Assembly: GCF_001194135.2 (NCBI RefSeq) | Contig: NC_068996.1 | Location: 24,259,134 to 24,323,133 of the forward strand | Origin: Octopus bimaculoides | Taxonomy: Eukaryota | Reading direction: 5' to 3' | DNA: 64,000 nt | Shown here: in pieces, positions 63,818 to 64,000 of the stretch | Layout of the letters: the number at the start of each line of letters is the position of its first letter | Position numbering within the stretch: the first letter of the stretch is position 1 | Made by a program: the position numbers and the translations under genes | Notes under the pieces: model-generated | What the model was told of the DNA's origin: nothing | Seen by the model: only the letters and a program-made list of their open reading frames with translations | Databases searched by the model: none

Positions 63818-64000
63818 CTCTTTACTCTTTTACTCTCTTTTACTTGTTTCAGTCATTTGACTGCGGTCATGCTGGAGCACCACCTTTAGTCGAGCAAATC
63901 AACCCCAGGACTTATTCTTTGGAAGCGTAGTCTCTTTCTTCTATCGGTCTCTTTTGCTGAACCGCTAAGTTACGAGGACCTAAACACACCAGCATCAGTT
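63818..64000 (-). mobile_element. Family B SINE 3' half (continues beyond the window)
   Basis: CTCTTTTACTTGTTTCAGTCATTTGACTGCGGTCATGCTGGAGCACC. Confidence 0.9.

Overview
Repeat-dominated, AT-rich animal genomic DNA from a gapped draft assembly: 17 N-runs totalling about 7.1 kb, most flanked by microsatellites. The SINE families, RTE-type tails and microsatellite load resemble an Octopus (coleoid cephalopod) genome; this is inferred from recalled repeat families, not from a search. I found no recognisable intact host gene, RNA gene or CRISPR array, and almost all ORFs in the supplied track are translations of microsatellites, N-runs or antisense repeats. The window is a retroelement graveyard: several tRNA-derived SINE families, a ~2.3 kb RTE LINE with ~10 orphan copies of its 3' end, a near full-length decayed CR1-type LINE, a Tx1/L1-like remnant, seven R4/Dong-like REL-endonuclease LINE fragments, four Penelope-like (GIY-YIG) fragments, nested piggyBac-type MITEs and several long hairpins. 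Three observations stand out. (1) Three minimal hammerhead-ribozyme motifs, two inside small inverted-repeat elements, one of which folds back at the ribozyme and has an 11-bp TSD. (2) A tandem ~67-nt hairpin-plus-pseudoknot module in the RTE 3'UTR. (3) R4/Dong-like copies ending in two different microsatellites, TAA and CATA. Most element families are known classes; the specific structures are sequence-level observations that still need testing.
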